Positions 26,782 to 39,223 of a stretch of 64,000 nucleotides of DNA are shown here, in pieces (the first letter of the stretch is position 1; every line of letters starts with the position of its first letter). The position numbers and the translations under genes were made by a program. A model generated the notes under the pieces. That model was not told the DNA's origin, made no database searches, and saw only the letters and a list, made by a program, of their open reading frames with translations. This stretch comes from Nageia nagi (taxonomy: Eukaryota > Plantae > Pinophyta), in NCBI GenBank assembly GCA_050084985.1, contig JBITNC010000001.1, positions 496,001 to 560,000 on the forward strand, written 5' to 3'.

Positions 26782-29700
26782 ATGGGAGACTCTTTTGCAC
26801 CCAAGCATATCTTATATTGTTTCAACTATAGTATTTGGGAATTTAGGATGAAAGCAAAACTTCAAGCATGAAAACTTTGGATGATTATCAATGAAAATCA
26901 AGTTGCTCCATCAAGGGAGAAAGAACTTGAAGCTTATAATACAAAGAATGATTTGACAACTTGTATGATCTTTTGTGTAGTTTTAGATAAGATCCTCCTC
27001 ATGATATCCTCTTCAAACTCTATAAAGGAAGCTTGGAATAAATTAAAGAGTATCTACCTTGGCATTAAATTTTTTAGGAGGTTCACCATTCTTCAAAAGC
27101 TACTACAATCACATCAAGAGGAAAATAAAAGTATGGCAATATATCTTAATAAGGTTATTAACCTTAAGACCTAGCTTGTGGGGTGTGGTTACAATTGGAT
27201 CAATAATGAGTTTTTGACTTTCATCATCTTTCAAATCCTCTCTACTAAATTTAGTCATTTTATGATTATTATTAAAACTAGGATTGATGATGAAAAATAA
27301 GTGTTCTCCTTGAAAAATTTATCAAAGATTCTCTTGAAATATGGGGAAACACTTAATAATAAAATGTTGATCATCACTCCTAAAGAGCCTATTATAGCAC
27401 TAGGACCAATGAAGCCTCACTTTAAAAAGAAGAGCCATAACCAAAAGAAGGGTTTTAATTCTCCTAAGAATAACTTCAAGAAAAGTGAAAATAAGAAGAA
27501 TTGTAATCATGATAAGTAAAGAAAACCAAAGCTAAATTTGATATAAATTGTAATTTATGTGGCATCTATGGTCATAAAGAAGTTGATTGCTTCAAGAAAA
27601 AGAAAAAATAAGGTGAAAAGAGATCCAAAAAATCAAACAAATATAATAAAAACAAGAAGAACAAGAATTTTGCTTGTTGCTACCTTTTACTCCAAGCCTT
27701 GCACTTTTTTAAATGATTAGATTATTGATTCTAGATGCACTAATCACATGTATTTTGAAAAAGACAAATTTGAAAACTTTCATAAGTATAAAAAAGATGC
27801 AGTTATGATAGGTGATAATTTAGTCCTTGAATTTTAGGGTATTGGGAGTGTGTTGATACAAGAAAATATTCTTGAGAACATGCTTTTTGTACCAATACTC
27901 ACTATGAATCTCCTTTTTCATAATTTAGGTTGTAAGAAAGGGTTACTCCTTTGAGTTTAACTCACACTCTCGATGCATGAAAAAGGGTCTTACCACTTTG
28001 GTGAAAGATTTAGTGAAAGACAACCTTTACATTATAGATCAATCTCCAACAAAGATGTGCCTTACAACTAATGTTTTCTCTAGAGGCAATATTTGACACC
28101 ATTTATTAGGCCACCTAAACCATAATAACATTAAAGTTATGAAAAATCATGATCTTATGGAAGGTTTGCCTACAATATCACTTATAATTGATCTTTATGA
28201 GAAGTGCATTCTAGGCAAAATGAATCGGTAAAAATTTCTAAAATATAAGGCAATTAGAGAAACTCAACCCCTTCAACTTGTGCATTTAGATTTAATGGGT
28301 CTATTTCTGACTAATTCTCTTGGGGGAGCATATTATGTCTTGAAATTTATTGATGACTATAGTAGGATGACATTTGGTTATCTTATAGAACACAAAGATA
28401 AAACCTTTTATAGGTTCAAAGATTTCAAAGCCTTGGTAAAAATCAATTTGGATTCAAAATTAAGATGTTGAGATCTAATAATAAGGATGAGTATAATATA
28501 AATGAATTCAATTATTATTATACCAAGTATAGAATCAAGAGGCAGTTTACGATCCCTTACACTCCACAATAGAATGGTGTAGCCAAAAGAAAGAATAGAA
28601 CCATTCAAAAAATGACAAGATGTATGTTGGGAGATATTCCTAACTTCTTATGGGGTGAAGCTATAAATATTACAATCTACATTTTAAACAGGTGTCCTAC
28701 AAAAGTAGTTGAAGGCATAACTCTGTATGAGGCATGGATAGGAAAGAAACTTAACATCTCGCACTTTAAAATCTTTGGCTTTGATGCTTATGCCTTTGTT
28801 GTTCTTGAGAAAAAGAAGAATATGGATAAGAGATATGAAAAGTGTTATTTTATGGGCTATAAAATCAGCATAAAGGTTATAGGCTATACCAACCTTTTGC
28901 CAAAGTGGTCTTTATGTCAAGGGATATAAAGTTCAATGAACTTCCTAAAGAATCTACTTCTTATGAGAACTTATATGAGGGTGATGATTCTTTTGTTGCA
29001 CCTAATTGGATGGATACTAGTGTGGATATGTCATATAAAGAATAAAACTCTTCAATATAAAGGATAATAAGAAGTATGACTATTAATAAATCCTTATTTA
29101 CAAAAATTGATAGTAAAAATGAGCCCTCATCCTTTAAAGAAACTTAAAAGGATAAGTGTTGGATGAATGTAATGAATGTGGAGTATGATGCTCTAATGAA
29201 GAATCAAGGTTAGTAGCTAAGGGTTTTGCTCAAAAATATAGAGTTTATTATGAGGAAACCTTTGCTCTAGTGGTAGAGATTCCTACTATGAGGGTAATCC
29301 TTGCTCTTTCAATAGCTCAAGGATGCAAAGTTTTTCAAGTTGATGTCAAGAGTGCTTTTCTTAATGGTGACTTAAGAAAGCACCTCGAGCCTAGTACAAA
29401 AATATTTCAAGATACATTAAATATATTAGATTTGCTAAATACTTCTTTGACATAGATCTTTATGTGCTAAATCAAGGATAAGGTTTGATCTTAATTCTTC
29501 TCTATGTGGATGATCTATTGATTATAGGGAATAGCCCTCATACAAGAGTGCATATCCACACTCAAGGTAACATTTGAAATGATAGATCTTGGTCTATTGC
29601 ACTACTACCTTAGTATGTAAGTGTACCAATACAAGGATTATACTTATCTTAGTAAATCCAAGTATATCTTAGATATCTTGTAAAAGTTTGGAATAGAGGA

Positions 29701-30470
29701 ATGCAAACCTATTGCAATTCAAATCTCTCTTGGAATCACTTTGTCTCTTAGTTTCAACTCTCAATTTGCAAATACTATGGCTTATAGGCAACTAATTGGT
29801 AGTCTTCTTTACTTGACTATCTCCAAGATAGATATTATCTTTTTAATGAATTTGATGGATCACTTTATGAAAAATTCATATGTTGAGAACCTTAATGTAG
29901 TTAAGTAAATTTTAAGGTATGTTATGGGTACTAAGGATCTTGCTCTCAAGTATGACAAGTTGCCCTCATTTGTTCTTTCAAAATTATTAGATTCTAACTA
30001 TGAAGGAGATAGAGATGATATAAAGTCAACCTTTGCTTATATGTTTAGCATTGGTTTAGGTGCTATCTCTTGGGCTTCCAAGAAGAGGCCTACTACTTCT
30101 CTCTCCACCACAAAGGTTGAATATCATGCAATATCAGTTGTAGCCTAAGAAGCCATCTGATTGAGGCATCTTCTAAAAGAAATTGGATATGAACAAGTTT
30201 GTCCATATTAAATTTATTTAAATAATTAGTTAGCTATTGCTTTGGCAAATAATCCTATTTTCCATCAAAGAAAAAAGCAAGTAGAAATACAAGCCCACTT
30301 CATTAGAGAGAATGTTCTAGATGGTCTTCTACACTTGTAGTATTGTCCATCAATCCTAAACTCTGCTGATTTGTTCACCAAGCCCCTTCCTAAAGCCTAG
30401 TTCTTAAATCTTATGGAATCTATTAGATTGGTGAAGTTTCCTCAAAAAAGAAGTAAAGGTTGAATTCTTT
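26782..30470 (+). pseudogene. Copia C gag-pol remnant
   Basis: NYSIWEFRMKAKLQ; zinc knuckle CNLCGIYGHKEVDC; protease IIDSRCTNHM; integrase HLDLMG..FIDDYSR..LWGEAI; RT VFQVDVKSAFLNG and LYVDDL; RNase H AISWASK; an internal deletion in RT is likely. Confidence 0.9.
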
Positions 30471-31445
30471 ATTGAATTCATTGTAACTTCTTTCTTCTTA
30501 ATAAAGTTGTTGAATTTTTTTTTATTTGTATACTTTGTTTATACATTCCTCTATTTGGTGACTATAAGTATAGGCTTGGCATATTAGTGATGAATTATAA
30601 TTCAACACAAATCCAAGCACATTATATTAAGGAGAAATTTCTTGATGAAATAACTATAGTTTTTTTCTTTAGACTTTGACTCTCATGATTTATTCACTAG
30701 TCGCTTTAGAAACTTTGTTATGCGCACTTTGAAAGTTTCTTATGGTATTGAAGTTCTCCTCAAGGGTGAGTGAAGTTTGAATTCATATTTGTGATGATAA
30801 CTTCATCTCTAGGAGGCTACTTTTATTGCATAGTGTTGATCTAAATGTACACCTTCATGGTTAGTTCGCTCTATGTTAGGAACTCATGGTACATTTTATT
30901 TTTTATAATCACTATATGAAGAATTAGTATGTGTTTTTTGGCACTATTTGGTTATCCATATGTGAATGACTCATGTGTATATGCTCTTTTTATTTTTTAT
31001 CAACACATATTTCTATATATAGCAAATGATTATGAGTATTGGCTTAGCATCTTTGTGATGATTTATAGTAAATCATTAATCAATTTATGGATGGCATTAC
31101 TTAGTTCATTTATCTTGTAATTGATATGAATATTTATATGATACATCTAATTGATCTTGTTTATGAGTTGCTTGTAGCTTGCAGGTTTCATCTTGAGAAT
31201 GTAGTTTAATTACTTCAAGTGGGAAGGCTCATGAAAGCTCACATGTCAACTCAGTGTTGATCAACTACACTTTACAATGAAACTAGTCATGGTTAATAAT
31301 TATATTGTAAACCATTTTATCAAATGGTATTGTAGTGATTCTCAAATTAAGATCTTTCTTATTTCTCCACATGTATTTCTATGGAGGAGAACTCTCTCTT
31401 TCTTCTTTTCTCTACACTTTATCCCAATATTACATTAAGGGGGAG

Positions 31446-31523
31446 TGTTAGAATTTGTAATATAATATTGTGTAATATCTTTTTAATGTAAATTCACTTA
31501 ATGCTTAAGTATATGTAGATACC
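31446..31523 (+). repeat. 3' LTR of Copia C, 5' portion
   Basis: TGTTAGAATT directly after the PPT; interrupted by the LINE. Confidence 0.88.
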
Positions 31524-31749
31524 AGGTGAGAGGAGTTGATGTGAGCAGTGGAAGAGAATTTTGAAACTACGTAAATAACATGGAAGAGAGGCCAAAAGGG
31601 AAACATGCCAGAGCCAGAAAGTGTTAGAATAGGTCTATTTTAAGTAAGCTGTGTTTGGAATCAAGTGGGAGATTACTCTTGGAGAGAAGCAGGAGGAAGA
31701 GGAAGGCGTTTGAGCCAAAATTGCAGCTGCAGAGTTCGTGGACAGAGAC

Positions 31750-33300
31750 ATGGCTTCAGGCCCGGGGGGTCTCCCTGATCCCCCGAACTCAGCTGATCAC
31801 CCCACTCCCAACAAAACCCAGGTAGCTAGCATGATGGTGGGGCTGCAGTCAGTCAACGTCCAAAACCCTCTTTTAGGGATGCACTTCGAAACAAGAATCC
31901 TCCCACCCAGTGCTCCTCTATTTCTAAACCATTCTATAACCGCATCCGCCAAGCCCCTCACGACCCTAACAGGAATGAAAATGGCTGCTTAAAGGCGGTA
32001 GACGATACACCGCGGGTGGAAATCAGGAGCTCACGAGTTAGTAGTGGCCTTCAAATGCTAGCGAAACAGGGTCTCATCTGTCATTTTCTCGGTGCTCGTA
32101 TTCCTCCCAACACCATTGAAGCCTGGGTCGACAGAACTTGGAACACTAAGGGTAGTGTTACAGTGAGCCACTACTCTCATGGTTATTTCTTAGCCACATT
32201 TGCCACAGAGGAGGATAGAGATTCTATTTTTCAAGGTGGACCCTGGTTCCATGGACGAGCTGAATTATTTATGAAGCCATGGCACCCAGGATTCAAACCT
32301 TGCAAAGAAACCCCTTCTATTGCACCTGTCTGGGTGAGGTTGCCTGACTTCCCTCCAGAGTTCTGGTATGAAGAAGTATTTGCCCAAATTGGAGACACCA
32401 TTGGGGAGTACCTCTTAACCTCGGATCGCACCTTGGAATGTAAGTCCACTTCCTACGCCCGCGTTTGTATCCAACTTGATCTCCAATCCCCATTGCCAGC
32501 CCAGGTTTCTGTTGTCTTCCCAGATGAAGATTTAGTGCTGGATCAAATAGTAGATTATGAAAACATTCTGTTCAGATGCAGAGTTTGTGCAGCCTATGGA
32601 CACCTCGCCGGTAGCTGCCCCCATACCATTCCGCCACAGCCCACTCCTGCAACAACAACAGAAGGCTTCCAGCAACCCAAACGCCGATCAACCCAAGGTA
32701 AGAGCCCTGTTCATACACCTAACTCAGCTCCCTCTCAGTGCACATTTACACATCTCTCTCACCCCTCAAGTTTCCATCCCCAAGTTCAAGATGCTAATCC
32801 TTTTAGATGCCTTCAAAATGATGAGAATCTTGAGCCCTTGAACCCACCAGTCATTCCTGAAGAGCCCTCTAGCCTTAATCCGGATAATCTTACACATCCC
32901 AGCTCCCCAATCACCAACCCTTTATTCTCCCCAGCTACCGTTTCTTCTCTGTCAACCGAAACAAAAACCAATCCAGTAACCTCCACCCCCTCTGCAGGAG
33001 ATAGACCATAATATGGAAGAAGCCCAACAAACTGACCCTAATTTCGGAAACCATCTCAGTACTAAGATGCCAATAGACAACCTTCAATCCAACACATGCT
33101 TGCTTAACAAATTAGTCCCTCCTCTGAAGCAAACACCCAATAGTCTAAAAGCCCCTAACTCTAGTATCCAAAAACGGAAAGGGAGAAAGTCAACTCAAGC
33201 TTCTATCCAGCATCTATCTCAAGAGGACATCGAGGAGGGCTCCCAGTTCCAAATTGATACTCTACTAGAAGCTAAACGGCTTCAATCAGTTCCTCAATGA
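31750..33300 (+). pseudogene. LINE ORF1 (DUF4283 plus CCHC zinc knuckle), two frameshifts
   Basis: SFRDAL motif, GGPWF..LFMKPW, PVWVRLPDFPPEFW, YARVCI, CRVCAAYGHLAGSC; frameshifts near 31830-31870 and ~33000; longest open piece 32016-33011. Confidence 0.9.
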
Positions 33301-36300
33301 AGATAATCACATGGAATACACGGGGCCTCCATTCCCCCGACATAATTGGAATGGCCAAACTCCTAGTACAGAAGGAACGACCTGCCATCCTCTTGACTCA
33401 AGAGTCGAAAACAGCTGATAAAGATCTAAGTAGGATCATAAATAAATTTTGGCCCCAATGCGAAATCCTTTCCAGTCAAGCTTCTGGGCAATCAGGCGGC
33501 ATGCTCATTCTATGGAACAGCACCCAAGTAGATTGTAAGCCATTACTGATCAACCGTCACTGGATGGCTGCCATTGTAAGGTGTCTTGCAACCGGTCTAC
33601 TGTTTGGCATAGTCAATGTCTATGGTCCTCAACATACTGATCAGAAAAGAGATCTTTGGAAACAAATCGATTCCTGGATGGCCTCACATTCTGACACTCC
33701 ATGGATTTTAGGAGGGGATTTCAATGCTATCAGGAATCTATCTGAAAAACAAGGAGGTACTATGCAACTGGACCCCAGCATAGATGATTTCAATTCTTTC
33801 ATAAATGATCAGCAGTTATATGAGCCTCCAAGCACCAATGGTCTCTACACCTGGACCAACAAAAGGAAAGATAACAAAGCAATTTTTGAAAAGCTTGATC
33901 GGTTTTTAGTCACAATGTCTTGGCTAGAACAAGAACATATTTTGCAAACAGAAGTCCTCCCTTATGGAGGCTCAGATCATTGGCCAGTGGCTTTAACCTG
34001 GGAGACTTTCTCCAATCCAAAGGCTCCTCCTTTTCGCTTCCAGAAGATGTGGTTCAATCACCCTTCCTTTGATGATCTTGTTGAACAATGGTGGCTGGAG
34101 GAAAGTCATGTGTATGGTACAGCAATGTTCACCTTTTCCACTAAGTTGCAAAGGCTCAAAACTAAATTGAAACTGTGGAACAAATCCTCCTTTGGAGAGG
34201 TAACAACGACTATTGCAAACCTGGAAGAGGAACTCCAACACACCCAGCTTCGAATGATACATCAGCAGGACTCCCAGGTTGTAGATCAGGAACGCCAAAT
34301 ACTCCAACGTCTTCAACAAGCCTACCTTAATGAGGAAACTCTTTGGAAACAGAAATCTAGAATCCAATGGCTTAAGGAAGGAGACAAAAACACACGTTAC
34401 TTCCACCTCTCCACCATGGCTCATCGTTCTAACAATAGAATATCAACCCTAGTAAGTTCAGCAGGTCTTACAATCTCCAATCCTGATGAATTGGATAAAC
34501 ACATTATGTCCTACTTTCATTCCCATCTTAATGAAACTAGTGAACACAGACATGAAGCCCAAGAGCAACTCCTCCATCTCATTCCCAAGTTGATCTCTGA
34601 GGAGCAAAATAGTATTCTTGTGAAGCCTATCAGTGAGGAGGAAGTGAAAAAGGCTCTTTTTCATTTAAAACCTTTTGGAGCACCGGGCCCAGATGGTTTC
34701 CCTCCTGGGTTTTTCCAACATTTTTGGTCCCTCCTCAAAGAGGAATTGGTGGCAACAGTGAGAGAATCATTCACTTCTAGGAAAATGCTTCAGAGACTCA
34801 ACCATACCTTCCTAGCTCTCATCCCTAAGACCAAAGATGCCAAGTCTATATCAGCCTTTCGACCAATCTCATTATGCAACTCAATTTACAAGTTAATATC
34901 CAAGGTTGCAGCCAACCGTCTCAACACAGTTCTTCCCTCTATCATTTCAGAGGAACAAAAAGCTTTTGTCAAAGGTCGCCAAATCCTTGATGGAGTCGTC
35001 CTTATCCATGAGCTCATTCATTCAGTTAATAGGCACCAAAGTAAAGGACTGCTTCTCAAGTTGGACATGACAAAGGCTTTCGATCAAGTAAATTGGGACT
35101 TCCTATTCCAGATAATGAGGAAGTTTGGCTTTCAAGAGCATTGGCTTCAGTGGATTCTCTCATTGATCAAAGCACCCCACTTTTCTGTCCTAGTTAATGG
35201 AGAATCAAGAGGTTACTTCAGTAGCTCAAGGGGCCTTCGCCAAGGTGACCCCTTGTCACCCTACCTATTCATCATTCTTGCTGAAGTCATTGGGAGAGGA
35301 ATGAAACAGTTACAGTTGGCTGGCAAAATACATGGTCTGCACATATCTGGCAGTGCCCCTCCAGTCACTCATTCTCAGTTCGCTGATGACACTCTCCTGG
35401 CAATCTCCCCCCTGAAATGTGAACTCAAGCACCTCCTAAATTTCCTCCAAGTATATGAGCAAGCCTCAGGCCAAGCAATCAACAGACAAAAATCAAAAAT
35501 ATATGGTCTTAACATCTCAGAACGGTTCCTCTCCCAGATCAGCGAGTGGTCTGGTATGACCAAGGAAAACCTCCCAAGCACCTACTTAGGTATGCCTTTA
35601 GTTCAAGGGGAAAGTTTGGGCCCTTTTGGGACTCTCTCATAGACAAAATGCAAAATAAAATGAACACTTGGAAGGCCAGGTGGTTATCCACAGCAGGACG
35701 TCTCACTAAAATCAAAGCTATCTTAGGAGCAATCCCTGTTTATTGGTTCGCCATTTTCTGGTTTCCCTAAAAGATCATTGTTAGAATGGAGACTCTAATA
35801 CGCAACTTCCTTTGGCACGGTGTATCAGAGATCAGGAAAATCCATCTGGTTGCTTGGGACATAATATGTCGTCCAAAACAAGAGGGAGGACTGGGCATCA
35901 GAAGACTTCATCATATGAATCTTGCTCTGCTAGGCAAATTCTCCTGGAGGATTTATACTAATCATTCCTGTTGCTGGAGCCAAGCAATACGTGGCAAATA
36001 CCTTGATAGCCTTGAACCGGAGAGACTCTTCACTGCTGCGGATACACCGTGGGGCTCCCCCATTTGGAATGGTATACGCAAAGCTCGTCTCTTTGTATTG
36101 AAACACCTACGGTGGAAGATCGGCTCAGGATCAAAGGTAGATTTTTGGGATGATGCTTGGTTACTCACAATTCCCTTAGCTTCCGTACCACTATTTCAGC
36201 CACTTCAGTATCATCTGCGACAAGAATGGGGTGATAAAGTCATCAATTATTGGTCATGGGCTACCGATTCGGGTAGAAGAGTGAAACAATGGAATATCTC

Positions 36301-37018
36301 TCACACAATTCCCCCTCACTTAACACAGGAATATAACATTCTTCTGTCTATGCTCGCGAGACACAACCTACAAGGCGATGACCTAAGCGACAACCTGATC
36401 AGCTCCCTCACTCTTTCGGGTAGCTACTCTGTTAGTTCAGCTTATAGTACTCTTGCTCAGGGTCATCCTTCGAACTTCCCCCCTCAAGTCTGGCAACGGA
36501 TATGGAAATCCAATGCCTGGCCAAAAGCTAAATTTTTCCTTTGGCTTGCTGTTCACAATAAGTTTTTATCCTGGGAACAACTTCTGAAGCGAGGATGGAC
36601 AGGACCGAGTCGATGCATACTTTGTGGCAATGAGGAGGAGACAGGGCACCACCTGCTAGTCACATGCTCATTCTCTAGTCAATTATGGCAGCTTCTTTCC
36701 GCCCACCTAGGCATCCACTGGTCTCCTCCTCTGTCTATCGGGTCCTTGATTAGGAACTGGCGTACTAAAAACAAATGTAAAGCATATAAAATCCTCTGGT
36801 ACTCTGCTCTAGCAATGTTGACATGGACACTGTGGCTTGAGAGAAATAATCATACTTTCAGCAATCAATTTACTTCAATGGACAGACTATGGAAGAAACT
36901 AGATCAACAACTCATGCTCATATTGGATTCTGCTATCTCAATTCAGTCCCTGCCCACTGCTGACCTATCCGAGCTCTCTTCGTGGCACACTATTTTACAG
37001 ATATGGCAATCCTCCTAG
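33297..37018 (+). pseudogene. LINE ORF2: APE endonuclease, reverse transcriptase and zf-RVT; one frameshift (~35610) and one nonsense codon (35768-35770)
   Basis: WNTRG, QESK, GGDFN, LDRFL, SDHWP (endonuclease); PGPDG, FRPISLCN, KLDMTKAFD, GLRQGDPLSP, QFADD, YLGMP (RT); CILC..ETGHHLLVTC. Confidence 0.95.
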
Positions 37019-37257
37019 AAAATTGATCCACCATGCAGATACTCAGACATCGATCTTCAGCAGGTAGAGGTTGCTCACCTACCTAAACGCCAAGCTCCAA
37101 CAGACAGAGAGGACATTTCTCCTATGCCTAAACACCCACGGCTCACCTAGCATAGTCAGCATAGTCCGAGCTCCGTTTTGTCATCCATCTCCGACTCCAA
37201 GTTTTCAGTTTTTCTCTTGCTTTCTACATGGAACGCATTGTAATGAAAAGCCAGATT

Positions 37258-37493
37258 AACTTCAGACGAGTTCCAGAAACAAACTTCAGATGAGCTCCAG
37301 AAAGGGCCTAGCACCAGAAAGCGTTTAGCTCCAGAAAGCGTCTAGCACCAGAAAGTCTAGCACCAGGAAGTCTAGCACCAGAAACGAGCTCCAGAAGTGA
37401 GCTCCAGAGGCGAGCTCCAGAAGTGAGCTCTAGAAGTGAGATTCACAGACGAGCTCCAGAAACGAGCTCCAGAGACGAGCTCCAGAGACAAGC
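37258..37493 (+). repeat. Minisatellite (12-15 bp units, core AGC[T/A]CCAGA) in the LINE 3' UTR
   Basis: Directly visible, roughly 15-18 units. Confidence 0.92.
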
Positions 37494-37749
37494 TTACTGT
37501 ATATGCTCCAGGGGGGGCCCTATCAGCTACCTTAGTGTCCATACTGGTAGTCATAGTAATCTTAGAGGTTTGATTTAGTGTTTTGTACAGCATGTCTAAC
37601 TGTGCTCACTGTAGCTCCCATAAGCTCGACATGTCTTTCAGATTCCTTGCTAAATTGGCAGTAATGGCCATTATGTAACTTTGTCGAACTAGTCAATCAA
37701 TAGAATTTATTTACTTACCAAAAAAAAAAAAAAAGTATATGTAGATACC

Positions 37750-38102
37750 TTAAAACATTAAGAAAATAAAAAAAGGTAAAGGATTAAATATAGATAAGGG
37801 ATTAAACATAGAGTGGATTTCTTCTTATAAATAGAGAATAATCCCCCCCCCCTCTCATTTTTGTAAAATTGTTATGTAATACATTTAGAGTTTGGAGAGA
37901 AAGGAGAGATTTTGTACGAGAGGTTCTTGAGAATAAGAAGATCTTAGTTAGTGGATGTACTTCCAATAAGGGAGGAACCACTTTATATCTTATGTTATTT
38001 ATGAGATTGGCTTGAGTTATTGTGTTATTGTGTTGATGTTGTAAGTGCCTTCTTGAGATCTTGGTAGATTAGAAGTTAATTCAAAAAGGGTTAATTTACT
38101 CA
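37750..38102 (+). repeat. 3' LTR of Copia C, 3' portion
   Basis: Matches 19698-20062; ends ttaatttactCA. Confidence 0.88.
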
Positions 38103-39223
38103 AAAGAAAGAGGTGATAAGAAAAACAAGTAATTTTAGTATTGTAACAAATTTTATCATTACGAAAGAGAATGTAGATTGAAGGAATCTCAAGAAAGAAC
38201 AAGTAGTGCACACTATAGACAAGAGTAAGGATCCTCAAATTTATTTTGACATATGATAAATCATATACGAATTTAAATGACATGGATTCTTAATAGTAGT
38301 TACTTAAACCACATGGCTGGCAAGGGGGAGTTATTTTCTGAAATGGGTAGCTCCTACAAATACAAGATCAAGATTGGATATTTCAAAGCATTCAAACTTA
38401 AAGACATAGGATCCATGGAGGTGAATATCAATGAAGGCCAAATGAAGATAAATGCTATATATTGTACTCTAAATTTGAAATATAAGTTGTTGAGTGTAGT
38501 CTAAATCATGGAAAATAATTATAAGTTAGTATTTGAATATGAAAATGTGTAATCTTTGACAAGAATCATGGTAAGAGGATGGTCACAATAGTCCCTATGA
38601 GTAAAAATAGACCATTTTCTTTAAAATTTGGAGGGAAAGGAGATCAACTTGCAAATGCAGCCATTGAGAACAAAATTTGGCTATGGCATTTAAGATATGA
38701 TCATTTGTACTTCACCAATTTGAGATTGTTGACATCTCAAGAAATGTTATATGGATTACCTAAGGTTGAGGATCAAAAAGATGTGTGTGAAGGATGTGAT
38801 TTGGGAAAGCACTCAAGGATGACTTTTCCTAAAGGGAAATCATGAAGAGCCTCTTATACACTTCAATCGGTGCATTACAACATATGTGGAAAAATGCAAA
38901 CCAAAATTTTGGGTAAGAATTCATACTTTCTTACTTTTATTGATGATTTTTCAAGAATGTGTTGCATTTAGTTCTTGAAAACCAAAGATGAGGTGTCTGA
39001 TTATTTTAAATATTTCAAAATCATATAAAAATCAAAGTGGGTGTTATGTAAAATTTTTAAGGACTAATAGAGGTGGAGAATTTTATTCAAATGAATATCT
39101 CCAATTTTGTAAAGATTATGAAATTAAAAGGCAACTCCTGGCTTCTTATACTCCACAAAAAAATGGTATGGTCAAAAGGAAGAATAGAACCATTGTTGAG
39201 ATCGAAAGGAGCATTCTACAAAT
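38103..39223 (+). pseudogene. Copia B gag knuckle, protease and integrase N-terminus
   Basis: CNKFYHYEREC; WILNSSYLNHM; LWHLRY..VCEGCDLGKH; LRTNRGGEF..YTPQKNG..RKNRTIVE. Confidence 0.88.

Larger units (their letters stand above)
31524..37732 (+). mobile_element. Full-length L1-clade LINE (non-LTR retrotransposon), young
   Basis: 17-bp perfect TSD AAGTATATGTAGATACC (31507-31523, 37733-37749); poly-A from 37720; ORF1 plus ORF2; CpG retained. Confidence 0.97.
19619..38102 (+). mobile_element. Ty1/Copia LTR retrotransposon C nested in B gag (about 7.9 kb net)
   Basis: 5' LTR ~19619-20062, PBS TGGTATCATAGC at 20065-20076, PPT at 31437-31445, 3' LTR 31446-38102 split by the LINE, near-TSD AGAGA/AAAGA. 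Confidence 0.88.
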
